Source: an uncultured bacterium (GTDB taxonomy: Bacteria > Vulcanimicrobiota > Vulcanimicrobiia > Vulcanimicrobiales > Vulcanimicrobiaceae). Taken from it: a DNA stretch of 64,000 bases. The notes under the pieces are model-generated. The model had not been told where the DNA came from and did no database searches. It saw nothing but the letters and a program-made list of their open reading frames with translations. Shown here one piece after another: positions 19,705 through 28,911 of the stretch. Position 1 is the first letter of the stretch. Each line of letters starts with the position of its first letter. The stretch spans positions 5,154-69,153 of the forward strand of contig CAZHGH010000003.1 of assembly GCA_964531205.1 (NCBI GenBank). Reading direction: 5' to 3'. The translations under genes and the position numbers were made by a program.

Positions 19705-20127
19705 ATGAGCGCGATTCGCGCCGCTGCCGCACTGCTTGGCTTTATCCTGTTGCCGCTTGCCGGCGCACTTGCGGATAGCAATACGGGAATCGTTTATGTC
19801 ACCGTCACCGACGGCAAGAGTGGAAAACCGTCGCCTGGATGGATCGTTCAGCTCACTGCGCGCGACGGCGATCAGCAGCGCATAAGCGATCGCAACGGCA
19901 ACGCGACGTTTCTGACAGTGATGCCGGGCATGGCACGCATCGACGTATTGCAAAGGGGCCAGCTCGCGGTTTGTCCCGCGATCCTCATGATTTCGGCGAA
20001 TCAGCAAACCGTTATCCACGTTCACGCGCACCGTTTCAAAGGCCACCACATTTCGGATTGCTCGCCGTCGCATTCCCAAACGATGGTAAAGCCCGGCATT
20101 ACGGCGGACGTGTACGACATTTACTGA
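19705..20127 (+). CDS. Secreted hypothetical protein, carboxypeptidase-regulatory-like beta-sandwich
   Basis: Signal peptide. VTDGKSGKP...NGNATF pattern. Confidence 0.55.
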   Translation: MSAIRAAAALLGFILLPLAGALADSNTGIVYVTVTDGKSGKPSPGWIVQLTARDGDQQRISDRNGNATFLTVMPGMARIDVLQRGQLAVCPAILMISANQQTVIHVHAHRFKGHHISDCSPSHSQTMVKPGITADVYDIY

Positions 20128-20669
20128 GTCCCGGGCCGGAACGTCAATTCGTACACGTATTCATCTGCAATAATTCCGTGACCGCGTTCGACGGTGCCGT
20201 GCGTCTCGACGCGAACGAATCCAAGCGACTCCGCTAAACGATACGACGCTTCATTCCGCGTATCCATTTCGGCGAAGAAATTCGCGATGCCGTATTCTTT
20301 ACGGACGTGATCGATGAGCGCTGCAACGGCCTCGCGCGCAAAGCCCTTGCGCTGAAAATCCGGAAAGATTGCGTAGGCGACGTACGCAGCTCCGGCCCGG
20401 GTATAGATGGTCGTTTGCACTTCGCCGGCGATTTCGCCCCCGGTCCGCAGCCGGCAGACATAGTTCAGCCATACCTCGGAGTCGTTAGGCGAACCGTGTT
20501 GGCGGCGCTCGTAAATAACCCGTAAGTGCTCCAGAGTGCGCGGGCGCAAGTCCGGAAAGAACGTCCACATGCGTTCGTCGTTCTGGCGCGGCCACGTTTC
20601 GTCCGCATGTGCGGGACGCACCGGCTCGAGAATGAGGCGCTCAGTGGATAAGGTCTGCAAGGGCTTCAT
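20121..20669 (-). CDS. GNAT-family N-acetyltransferase
   Basis: TERLILEP N-terminus and the QRKGFAREA acetyl-CoA loop. Start placed at MKPLQ (20669), because the longer ORF overlaps the upstream gene. Confidence 0.8.
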   Translation of the reverse strand: MKPLQTLSTERLILEPVRPAHADETWPRQNDERMWTFFPDLRPRTLEHLRVIYERRQHGSPNDSEVWLNYVCRLRTGGEIAGEVQTTIYTRAGAAYVAYAIFPDFQRKGFAREAVAALIDHVRKEYGIANFFAEMDTRNEASYRLAESLGFVRVETHGTVERGHGIIADEYVYELTFRPGTQ

Positions 20670-21483
20670 TGAGCGCGGGAAATTTGAATGAATAATTCTC
20701 AGAGATCGCACGCTGCGGAACGACACGCTGCCCTTCGAGCACCAGCATCGCACCTTCGCCGAGAATCACTTTCAGCATGAACGGTGGCGCCGGGAATGCG
20801 GCGGGACGGTGCAAGACATGCGCGAGTGCTTTGGTGAATTCTTCGTTGCGCTCGGGGTTCGGTGCGGTCGCGTTGATCGCACCATCTAGACGATCCAATG
20901 CGAGCAAGTAGATGCCGACTGCATCGTCTATATGAATCCACGAATACCATTGCTTTCCGCTGCCCGCGCGTCCGCCGGTCCCCGCTTTAAAAACGGGTAG
21001 AAGACGTGCCAGCGCGCCGCCGTCCGTCCCGAGCACGAGTCCCGCGCGTACGCATGCAACGCGCATGCCGAAAGTTGCCGCTCGCTCTGCAATGCGTTCC
21101 CATTCGACGCAAACGTGTGCGAGAAAGTCTGTTCCGGGCGCGTTCTCTTCGGTGAACGTCCGCGATTCGCTGGTTCCATAGTATCCGATCGCCGACGCGG
21201 AAACGTACGTCTTGAGATTCGTTTCGAGCTTTGCAAGCTCGTCGAAGAATAGCGAGGGCAGTTGCGTGCGGCTTTCGAGGATGCGGCTTTTTACATCAGC
21301 GTTCCAGCGTTGTGCCAGCGATTCGCCGGCGAGGTTGATTACCGCGTCGCAATCCGCTGCGGCGCGCGCAGCTGCACGCGGATCGCGCAATGAAGCTGCG
21401 ACGACCGCGTCACCGCGCGAACGAAGCGAAGCGCAAAGATGCCTGCCGATAAATCCGTTCGCGCCAAAAACTGCTACGCGCAC
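20641..21483 (-). CDS. TIGR01777-type NAD-dependent epimerase/dehydratase family protein (YfcH-like)
   Basis: VFGANGFIGRHL Rossmann motif. C-terminal DUF1731-like tail. Confidence 0.82.
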   Translation of the reverse strand: MRVAVFGANGFIGRHLCASLRSRGDAVVAASLRDPRAAARAAADCDAVINLAGESLAQRWNADVKSRILESRTQLPSLFFDELAKLETNLKTYVSASAIGYYGTSESRTFTEENAPGTDFLAHVCVEWERIAERAATFGMRVACVRAGLVLGTDGGALARLLPVFKAGTGGRAGSGKQWYSWIHIDDAVGIYLLALDRLDGAINATAPNPERNEEFTKALAHVLHRPAAFPAPPFMLKVILGEGAMLVLEGQRVVPQRAISENYSFKFPALNEALADLIH

Positions 21484-22784
21484 GCAGTCTCGCCGACGAG
21501 TTCCTCGATTTCTGCGACGGTTTTCGCGATGGCGGCAGTAAGATTGTCGTTGCCGCTCTCCGTGACGAGGATGTCATCCTCTATCCGGACACCGATGCCC
21601 TTAAAGCGCTCGTCGCAATCGAGATCGCGCTGCACGTAGATGCCGGGCTCAACAGTTGTCACCATGCCCGGTTCGAAAGCGCGATATCGCTCGCCGTCTG
21701 CGGTACGGTAGCGGCCGACGTCGTGCACGTCCAATCCCAGCCAGTGACCGGAACCGTGCATGTAGTAATCGCGATAGCGCTCTTTCTCGATGTTCTCGTC
21801 CACGCTGCCTTGTAACAGACCGATGTCGAGCAACCCTTCGGTAATTACGCGGACGCACGCATTGTGGAATTCGCGGCAGGACACGCCCGCTTTGACTTGC
21901 GCTATGCCCGCCTCTTGTGAAGCCAAAACGATGTCGTATATCGCTCGCTGCTCTGCCGTGAATCGCCCGTTAACGGGCCACGTGCGTGTAACGTCGGACG
22001 TGTACAGATCGAACTCCGAGCCGCTGTCGACCAGCAGAAGATCGCCGTCGCGCAACGCGTCGCGGTTCGTGTTGTAATGCAGAATGGTTGCGTTTTCGCC
22101 ACCCGCAACGATCGACGGGTATGCAAACGTCGCGCCTGCGCGAAGATATTCGTATTCGATGAGCGCTTCGATCTCGTACTCGTGCAAGCCGGGCCTCGTG
22201 GCCTGCATGCCCGCCCGATGCCCTGCAGCGGTGATCGCGGCCGCACGGCGCATCTTTTCGATTTCGTAGGCTTCTTTGCGTAAGCGCAATTCGTGCAGTA
22301 TAACGGCCGGCTCTACTATCTCTTCGGGCGCTCGTCCGTGGCGGTGCGCTCGAGCGCGCGCTGCCGATAGCGCGTGCTGTACGCGGCGGTCGAACGTCTC
22401 GCTATGTCCGAGCGCAAAAAATAGACGCTGCGCACCATATAGATACTCGGGTAAGCGCGAATCGAGTTCATCTAGAGCGAACGCTGCATCGACGCCGAGC
22501 TGTTCGGCCGCGTCTTGAACGCCGAGACGGCGGCCGGTCCAGATCTCTTGCGCGCGATCTTTGGGCCGCACGAAAAGAATCGTACGTTCGCGTCCGTGGT
22601 GGGGAGCAATGACAAGTACCGCATCGGGTTCGCGAAAACCGGTCAAGTAAAAGAAATCGGAATTTTGCCGGAATTCATACTCCGTGTCGTTGCTGCGCAG
22701 CCGTTCGTAGGCGGCCGGAATCACCGCAACGCCGCCGTCCAACGCAGCCGCGAGCGCGTTGCGCCGCCGATTGTAAGGTTCCAT
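21474..22784 (-). CDS. pepP: Xaa-Pro aminopeptidase (M24B)
   Basis: HGSGHWLGLDVHD and the VEPGIY...IRIEDD metal-ligand blocks. Confidence 0.92.
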   Translation of the reverse strand: MEPYNRRRNALAAALDGGVAVIPAAYERLRSNDTEYEFRQNSDFFYLTGFREPDAVLVIAPHHGRERTILFVRPKDRAQEIWTGRRLGVQDAAEQLGVDAAFALDELDSRLPEYLYGAQRLFFALGHSETFDRRVQHALSAARARAHRHGRAPEEIVEPAVILHELRLRKEAYEIEKMRRAAAITAAGHRAGMQATRPGLHEYEIEALIEYEYLRAGATFAYPSIVAGGENATILHYNTNRDALRDGDLLLVDSGSEFDLYTSDVTRTWPVNGRFTAEQRAIYDIVLASQEAGIAQVKAGVSCREFHNACVRVITEGLLDIGLLQGSVDENIEKERYRDYYMHGSGHWLGLDVHDVGRYRTADGERYRAFEPGMVTTVEPGIYVQRDLDCDERFKGIGVRIEDDILVTESGNDNLTAAIAKTVAEIEELVGETACA

Positions 22785-22786
22785 AG

Positions 22787-23806
22787 TCAGGCTATTTGGT
22801 TATACTCGCGCTCCGCCTTCTTGCCGAGTATAGTGAGCGGAGACTCAGTAAGAGCGGTCGCGCTCTCCGCGCCGCGCACTTTGCGTTGTTCGATCCCGCC
22901 GGGACCCGGTAGGAGGCGCGCGCCGAGCGCCATGAGATCCGCGGTAAAACGGGGTGCGATCCCATGCAGCAGCGAGATGATTTGGGCCGGTAGCGATAGC
23001 ACGATTTCGGCGTCACCACGTACGCCTGCGTCGATAATGGCGCGGGCGGCGCTTCGCGCACCGATCGAAAATCCCGGAAGTGTGTCGAACAACGTAAACC
23101 AGGTGTACTCTTTCCGGTGTTGCGCCTTAAACCACGCGTTACGCGGACTGCCGGTGCGCATCAGCCCCGGACACACGGTCGTCACGCTGATGTGCTGTTG
23201 AGCCAGTTCGGCGCGCAGCCCTTCGGAGTACCCAACCGCTGCGAATTTGCTTGCGCAATACGCAAGGAGATGCGGAACGCTTACCTTTCCGCCGATCGAC
23301 GTGATGTTAATGATGCGCCCGCCGCCTTGCCGTTTGAAAATTGGTAACGCGCTCTCGACCGCGTAGTACGTGGCCCAAAAGTGCGTGTTCATCGCGTCCT
23401 CATAATCCTGACGCGTCAGCGAGTCCAGCGGCCCGACCGCGATCGTTCCGGCGTCATTCACAAGCATGTCTAGCCTTCCAAAGGCCTCATACGCATGTTG
23501 AATCGCGGCAGCGACTTGGCCAGGCTCGCGCACGTCGCAAGTGAGCGGCAGCACTTCCATGCCACGCTCCCGTAGGCGCTCGGCAGCACGCTCCAACGTA
23601 TCCGGATTTTGCGCGCAAATTGCGACGCGCGCGCCACGCTTTCCGCACTCCATCGCGAGCGCGAAACCGAGGCCCCGCGAAGCTCCCGTTATAAATACGC
23701 ACTGACCGTTCAACGAATACTTGCACAGTGCGCGTGAAACGATTCGCGCAACAATTGGTCCGGCCAACACGACGCTTGCTGCCTTCAGTACGTTCGAGAT
23801 TCGCAT
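22787..23806 (-). CDS. SDR-family oxidoreductase
   Basis: TGASRGLG and YCASK (YxxxK). Start at ATG 23806 (MRISNVL...). The 575-aa ORF extension is antisense to real plus-strand genes. Confidence 0.85.
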   Translation of the reverse strand: MRISNVLKAASVVLAGPIVARIVSRALCKYSLNGQCVFITGASRGLGFALAMECGKRGARVAICAQNPDTLERAAERLRERGMEVLPLTCDVREPGQVAAAIQHAYEAFGRLDMLVNDAGTIAVGPLDSLTRQDYEDAMNTHFWATYYAVESALPIFKRQGGGRIINITSIGGKVSVPHLLAYCASKFAAVGYSEGLRAELAQQHISVTTVCPGLMRTGSPRNAWFKAQHRKEYTWFTLFDTLPGFSIGARSAARAIIDAGVRGDAEIVLSLPAQIISLLHGIAPRFTADLMALGARLLPGPGGIEQRKVRGAESATALTESPLTILGKKAEREYNQIA

Positions 23807-23843
23807 GGCGTGGCAATACCCGTATCTTGGGAAAACAAGACCC

Positions 23844-24218
23844 ATGGATAGGCGTAATAGCACTGCGGTCTCCCTATTTGCCGCAGGAGCGGCGGCTGGA
23901 TTGGCGCTTACATACGTTGCACGCAATGCTCGTGCGCGAATGCGGCGCCCGGTAAGGCAAGCAATGACGGTGTTGGCGCCGCGCGATCGCGTCGAACGGT
24001 TTATCGAATCGCGCGAACGGATCATCGAATCTCTCGGATCGAAACGCATGCTCGGGGCTATCGAGAAGATGGAGCTTTGCGACGCCCCGGATGGCCGTGG
24101 GACCGAGATGTACTTGACGATGCGCGGCGTCGGAAAATATGCGATCAAAGACGTTTTGCGCCGAGCGAAAGCCCTGCTGGAAGCCGGTGAAATTCCGACA
24201 GGAAGGAGATACGCGTGA
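23844..24218 (+). CDS. Small membrane-anchored hypothetical protein (124 aa)
   Basis: ATG 23844. One TM helix. GTGA overlap with the downstream dehydrogenase. Confidence 0.6.
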   Translation: MDRRNSTAVSLFAAGAAAGLALTYVARNARARMRRPVRQAMTVLAPRDRVERFIESRERIIESLGSKRMLGAIEKMELCDAPDGRGTEMYLTMRGVGKYAIKDVLRRAKALLEAGEIPTGRRYA

Positions 24219-25453
24219 AAGCCCTGGTTTGGAACGCTCCGCACGACGTGAGCGTCGAACGCGTGAAAGATCCGGAAATCCTGAATCCGCGTGACGCTAT
24301 TCTTCGCGTAACCGCAACAGCGATTTGCGGTTCGGACTTGCATCTGTACAACGGCTTCATGCCGACGATGAAGCCCGGGGACGTGCTCGGTCACGAATTC
24401 ATGGGCGTCGTCGAAGCAGTTGGTCCGGGTGTGCGTACGATTCGGCCGGGCGATCGCGTCGTCGTGCCATTCAATATTGCTTGCGGAAACTGCGAGCCGT
24501 GCGTGCGCGACCAATGGGCTCTGTGCGATAACTCCAATCCAAACGCCGGCATGGCGGAGCGCCTCTACGGTTATTCATGCGCCGGACTCTTCGGATACTC
24601 GCATCTTTTTGGCGGATATTCGGGCGGACAAGCAGAGTTCGTGCGCGTGCCGTTTGCCGACGTGGGATGCTTTGCGGTTCCGGCCGATCTCGACGACGAA
24701 CGCGCGCTGTATTTAAGCGACATTTTCCCGACCGGATATATGGCGGCGGAAAATTGCGACATCAAGCAGGGCGACGTCATTGCCGTTTTCGGATGCGGGC
24801 CTGTAGGACAATTTGCGATTCGAAGCGCGATAATGCTCGGTGCAGGGCAAGTTATTGCGATCGACCGCATTCCAGAACGTTTAGAAATGGCGTCTGAGGC
24901 AGGTGCGCAACCACTGGATTTCGATCGTTACAATGTGCTCGAGGCGCTGTATGAGATGACGGGCGGACGTGGTCCGGACGCGTGCATCGATTGCGTGGGA
25001 ATGGAGGCGCACGGCGGCGCCGTCCCCGACGTCATTTTGGATAAAGCAAAGCAAAGCGTGCGTTTGGGCCTCGATCGCGCGCACGTGCTACGCCTTGCGA
25101 TTCAAGCGGTCGGCAAGGGCGGCACGCTCTCGGTTCCCGGCGTGTACGGCGGCTTCATCGACATGATGCCGATGGGTGCGCTGTTTGAAAAGGGCGTCCA
25201 AGTGCGCACCGGGCAGACGCACACGCACCGCTACGTGCGGCCATTGATGGATCGGATGCGCCGGGGCGAGATCGATCCGTCATTCATTATTACGCACCGT
25301 GGAACGCTTGACGACGCGCCGAAGTTCTACGAATTCATGGCCAAGCATGAGGACGCGTTTGTGAAATCGTTTATCCGTCCGGCGGCGTTCACGCAAGGCG
25401 AAGTCACACGGTACGACATTTACAGCGAGGAGATCACGATAACGCCGAGTTAA
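24215..25453 (+). CDS. Zinc-dependent alcohol/formaldehyde dehydrogenase family protein
   Basis: GHEFMGVVEAVG zinc motif, structural-zinc Cys cluster CGNCEPC, GCGPVG Rossmann motif. Confidence 0.9.
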   Translation: MKALVWNAPHDVSVERVKDPEILNPRDAILRVTATAICGSDLHLYNGFMPTMKPGDVLGHEFMGVVEAVGPGVRTIRPGDRVVVPFNIACGNCEPCVRDQWALCDNSNPNAGMAERLYGYSCAGLFGYSHLFGGYSGGQAEFVRVPFADVGCFAVPADLDDERALYLSDIFPTGYMAAENCDIKQGDVIAVFGCGPVGQFAIRSAIMLGAGQVIAIDRIPERLEMASEAGAQPLDFDRYNVLEALYEMTGGRGPDACIDCVGMEAHGGAVPDVILDKAKQSVRLGLDRAHVLRLAIQAVGKGGTLSVPGVYGGFIDMMPMGALFEKGVQVRTGQTHTHRYVRPLMDRMRRGEIDPSFIITHRGTLDDAPKFYEFMAKHEDAFVKSFIRPAAFTQGEVTRYDIYSEEITITPS

Positions 25454-25462
25454 AATGGAGGT

Positions 25463-26659
25463 GTGAGCCGCTTTAATCTCAGAGGCCTTATCGGCATAAG
25501 CTTCGCCCACGGCGCCAGCGACTTTTATTCGGGGATGGTGCCGCTGTTGATTTTTGCAATCGTCAGCGCGCACCATCTTTCGCCGCTGTATCAAGGCGCA
25601 ATCGGCTTCCTCTGGTATCTCACAAGTTCGATCGTGCAACCGGTTTTTGGTGCCTACTCCGATCGCGCCGGAAGGTGGTGGTTTCTTCCCGCGTCCGTTG
25701 GACTCACGGCCGTTGCGGTTTCGTTCATCGGCATATCGCCCGGCCTCGCCGTTCTTTCATTGCTTATTGTCGCGGGTGGAATCGGATCCGCCGTTATGCA
25801 TCCCGAGGCCGGCAAATACGCGGCACTTCTCAGCGGTGAGCGGAAATCCGGAGGGATTTCGATTTTTCAAATTGGCGGCGCGATTGGCTATGCTGCCGGC
25901 CCGGTAGCCATATCGGCGTTGCTGCAGCGTGAAGGGCTCCACGGCGCACTATGGATGCTCGTCCCCGGCGCGATTGCAATCGCGATATTATTCGGAGCGA
26001 TGCGTGGTATCGACTTGCACGCTCAGCGTGCACGCGAAGTGCATCATGCCGCTCTTGCGAAAATGCCGCAAAGCGTAGATCGCGCCGGTGTCACACTGTT
26101 GGTAGCCGGCACGGCGCTGAAGTATCTGACAGGCGCCGCATTCATGACCTATCTCCCGAATCTCATCGTCGCGCGCGGCGGAAGCATTACGGACGCCGGC
26201 TCGATCGTTACCGCGTTTCTCGCGGCCGGCGTAATCGGTCTGTACGCAGGCGGCTGGCTCGGAGACCGGTTCGGCGCAGTTGCGATTGCGGTGCTGAGTT
26301 TGGCAGCGGCGGCTCCGGCGCTTTATGCATTCTTCGCGTTCGGCGGTGCAGCCGGCATCGTCGCTTTGCTGGTGGCTAACGCTCTTCTGAACGTGCAGAG
26401 CGCTCCAAGCGTCGTAATCGTTCAGCGCATGCTGCCGCGCAATCTGGGTATGGCGCTCGGTCTCATGAACGGGGTTGCTTTCGGCGCCGGTTCCGCTTTG
26501 GTTACTGCCGTAGGTTTCGGCGTGGCGCGAATTGGGCCATCCGAGACATTGTTGCAAATTAGCGCGCTTCCGCTCTTTTGCGCGGCTACCTATTGGATTG
26601 CCGGACGGCGTTTAAACGGCGTTTACGCGAAGGCTTCCAGCAGCGCCGTTGCTTCGTGA
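25463..26659 (+). CDS. MFS transporter
   Basis: About 12 hydrophobic segments. SDRAGRW loop motif. Confidence 0.85.
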   Translation: MSRFNLRGLIGISFAHGASDFYSGMVPLLIFAIVSAHHLSPLYQGAIGFLWYLTSSIVQPVFGAYSDRAGRWWFLPASVGLTAVAVSFIGISPGLAVLSLLIVAGGIGSAVMHPEAGKYAALLSGERKSGGISIFQIGGAIGYAAGPVAISALLQREGLHGALWMLVPGAIAIAILFGAMRGIDLHAQRAREVHHAALAKMPQSVDRAGVTLLVAGTALKYLTGAAFMTYLPNLIVARGGSITDAGSIVTAFLAAGVIGLYAGGWLGDRFGAVAIAVLSLAAAAPALYAFFAFGGAAGIVALLVANALLNVQSAPSVVIVQRMLPRNLGMALGLMNGVAFGAGSALVTAVGFGVARIGPSETLLQISALPLFCAATYWIAGRRLNGVYAKASSSAVAS

Positions 26660-27690
26660 TCGAGGCGCTGTTGCGCGATCTTCCGGTGCGTTAAATAGAA
26701 TAGCGCCATGATGCGCATCGTAAACCGGTGCGCCCGCGGAAATGTGAGCTGCGAAAAAGCAGATTGTGCGCGCGCTGCAAGCGTATGCACGCGATTGCGA
26801 AACGCTTCCGCATCCGGATAAAACGAGATCCAGTTCAGATCGCCGTGGTCGCCGTCTTCGTATTGATCGATAAATGAATCGAACAGGACGTGCAGCGCAG
26901 AAAGCGCCGGAAAGTACGCGGCATACGTATCGCCGATCCGTTCGAAATCGCTGCAGAATGCAGCATAGAGCGGTGCGTACGCGTGAAATTGCGATCCGGC
27001 TGCGGCGCCGAATTCCCACCAACTCAGATCTCCGAAGCGCCGGCCGTTCTCTTCGAACCATTTTACGCATGCTGCTTCACGCTCTCCGGGCGGGAGGTGG
27101 CTATAGGTTTGCGTGTCGGCGTAGAGTTGCGCCGCTTCGCGAAAGTATGGTACGAGCAGTTCGTGATCGCCTAAGCGCGCGAGCCCGTGGCGCACGCGCC
27201 GCACGAGCGCGCGCAAGTAATCGCCGTCATCCCCCGGCGGCCCGTACGCATAATAGTCGTGCAAAGGACGCGCGGGATCGAGTGCATCCGCCAACGCTTC
27301 GTGCAGTTGACGGAACGCCTTAGGTTCCGTTTCAGGGTGACGATCGCACAAACAATCGAGAAAGTCGTAGATAGTCTCGAGCGGCGCGACGATATCGACG
27401 TAATGCTCGCGAGCGCCGCTTGGAAGAAATGTCGCCAAAATACACGCGCCTGCAACGTGATAGGCTTTGCCGCGCAAGCTCGAGAGCGCTTGCGCGCGAA
27501 GTTCGTCGTCCGGTATGCGAAGCGCAAGATCCTCGATGCGCGCAAGCGCGCTCCGCGCGAGCGGTACCACGTGCACCAGAAAGGTTCGGAGATCGAAAGC
27601 GTCGTCAAGCCCGCCGCTCAGTAAAAACGCAAGGCGCCTGGGGCCAAACAGAACGCTTTTGATGGCCCAGTTGATATCCTCGGAGAGCAC
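26623..27690 (-). CDS. DUF2600 / YtpB-like (tetraprenyl-beta-curcumene synthase family) protein
   Basis: All-helical ~355 aa. Blocks IYDFLDCLCDRHPE and LFDSFIDQYEDGDHGDLNWISFY match my recollection of the YtpB family. GTG start lies 3 nt after the glcE stop. Confidence 0.65.
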   Translation of the reverse strand: MLSEDINWAIKSVLFGPRRLAFLLSGGLDDAFDLRTFLVHVVPLARSALARIEDLALRIPDDELRAQALSSLRGKAYHVAGACILATFLPSGAREHYVDIVAPLETIYDFLDCLCDRHPETEPKAFRQLHEALADALDPARPLHDYYAYGPPGDDGDYLRALVRRVRHGLARLGDHELLVPYFREAAQLYADTQTYSHLPPGEREAACVKWFEENGRRFGDLSWWEFGAAAGSQFHAYAPLYAAFCSDFERIGDTYAAYFPALSALHVLFDSFIDQYEDGDHGDLNWISFYPDAEAFRNRVHTLAARAQSAFSQLTFPRAHRFTMRIMALFYLTHRKIAQQRLDHEATALLEAFA

Positions 27691-27693
27691 CCG

Positions 27694-28911
27694 TTAGATA
27701 CCGCCGACGAACCGTCCCGGATTCAGCGTACCGTGCGGATCGAACTGCCGTTTCATGGTACGCATTTTCTCGATCGACTGCGGATCTTGGCCCCAAGCGC
27801 GCAGGGCCGCGCGAATCGGCGCGTCGCCGGCAATAATAACGCTCCGTGGCTCCAAGGCGCGGATCTCGTCATCGCACGACTCGATCTTTTCGGCGAATGC
27901 GCGGCTGTCGCGTTCGCTTACCCGGATAAATACATCGCCGTTCATGATGTCGAGCAGCACATCGGTAAACAGCTGAAAACGGTTCGCTGTGTCGCGCAAC
28001 TCTACAGCGCGGGTTTCCGCGGTGGCGGGCATTCCAAGGGAACGATACGTGACCGATCGCTCGCCGATACTCTCAATGCATGCGTCGAGCACGCGCTCAA
28101 AACTTTCGCCCGCACCTGCATCAACGATAATCGTTTCCGGCACGCCGGCGCGCCCGAGGGCCGAACGCAAGTCGCGCGTTGCGCGATCGAGCAGCGCTTC
28201 GGAGCCTTCAAAAAGCAGAAGAAGCCGTCCATCGATGCCGTCGTGCCCATCGATACTTTTGCGGAAGCCTTCAATGCAAAATGCAGCGGCCGGTGCGATC
28301 GGCAAGGCGGCAATTTGCGCGACGGCGCGAGTTCGCGCGTTTTCAGGCAACGGCGCCAAGAATACGCGGCGGCGCGGCGGAAGCGGCAGCGTTTTGAAAT
28401 TCAATTGCGTAATGACTCCCAGCGTGCCGAATGAGCCGATATACAACTTACTCATATCGTATCCGCTGACGTTTTTAACCACCATGCCGCCTGCGTTGGC
28501 CAGCGTTCCATCCGCAAGAACGACTTGCGAGCCGATAACGAAATCGCGCGCGCGTCCGTACAGATGACGCCGCGATCCGAGCCAGCCTGCGGAAAGCGTG
28601 CCGCCTATCGTAGCTTTCCGGCGCAGCGGCGCGTCGACAGGAATGAACTGTCCATGCTGTGCGAGTACGTCGCCGAGCGCGGCAAGACGCATGCCGGCGC
28701 GCACGGAGCACGTGAGATCGTGATACTCATGCGTGATGATGCCGTCGAGGTGCAACGTTGAAAGAACTGCGCCTGCACGCTGCACGGGCGCGCCGAATCC
28801 GCGAAGCGTTTGACCGCCCTCAATCGCGATTGCTTGGCCTTCGCGGTCGCACTCTGCAACGATCCGCCGAAGTTCGTCGACGCTTTCGGGAAGGAACCGC
28901 TGCGCGATCAT
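27694..28911 (-). CDS. glcE: FAD-binding oxidase, glycolate oxidase subunit GlcE-like
   Basis: PCMH-type FAD-binding domain. ATGA overlap with glcD at 28908-28911. Confidence 0.82.
   Translation of the reverse strand: MIAQRFLPESVDELRRIVAECDREGQAIAIEGGQTLRGFGAPVQRAGAVLSTLHLDGIITHEYHDLTCSVRAGMRLAALGDVLAQHGQFIPVDAPLRRKATIGGTLSAGWLGSRRHLYGRARDFVIGSQVVLADGTLANAGGMVVKNVSGYDMSKLYIGSFGTLGVITQLNFKTLPLPPRRRVFLAPLPENARTRAVAQIAALPIAPAAAFCIEGFRKSIDGHDGIDGRLLLLFEGSEALLDRATRDLRSALGRAGVPETIIVDAGAGESFERVLDACIESIGERSVTYRSLGMPATAETRAVELRDTANRFQLFTDVLLDIMNGDVFIRVSERDSRAFAEKIESCDDEIRALEPRSVIIAGDAPIRAALRAWGQDPQSIEKMRTMKRQFDPHGTLNPGRFVGGI

Noticed and set aside
23807-24514. N-terminal 236 aa of the 575-aa minus-strand ORF 22787..24514.
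   Set aside because: The SDR domain starts at ATG 23806. The extension is antisense to a plus-strand small gene and the Zn-dehydrogenase start, and it has no coding-like features.
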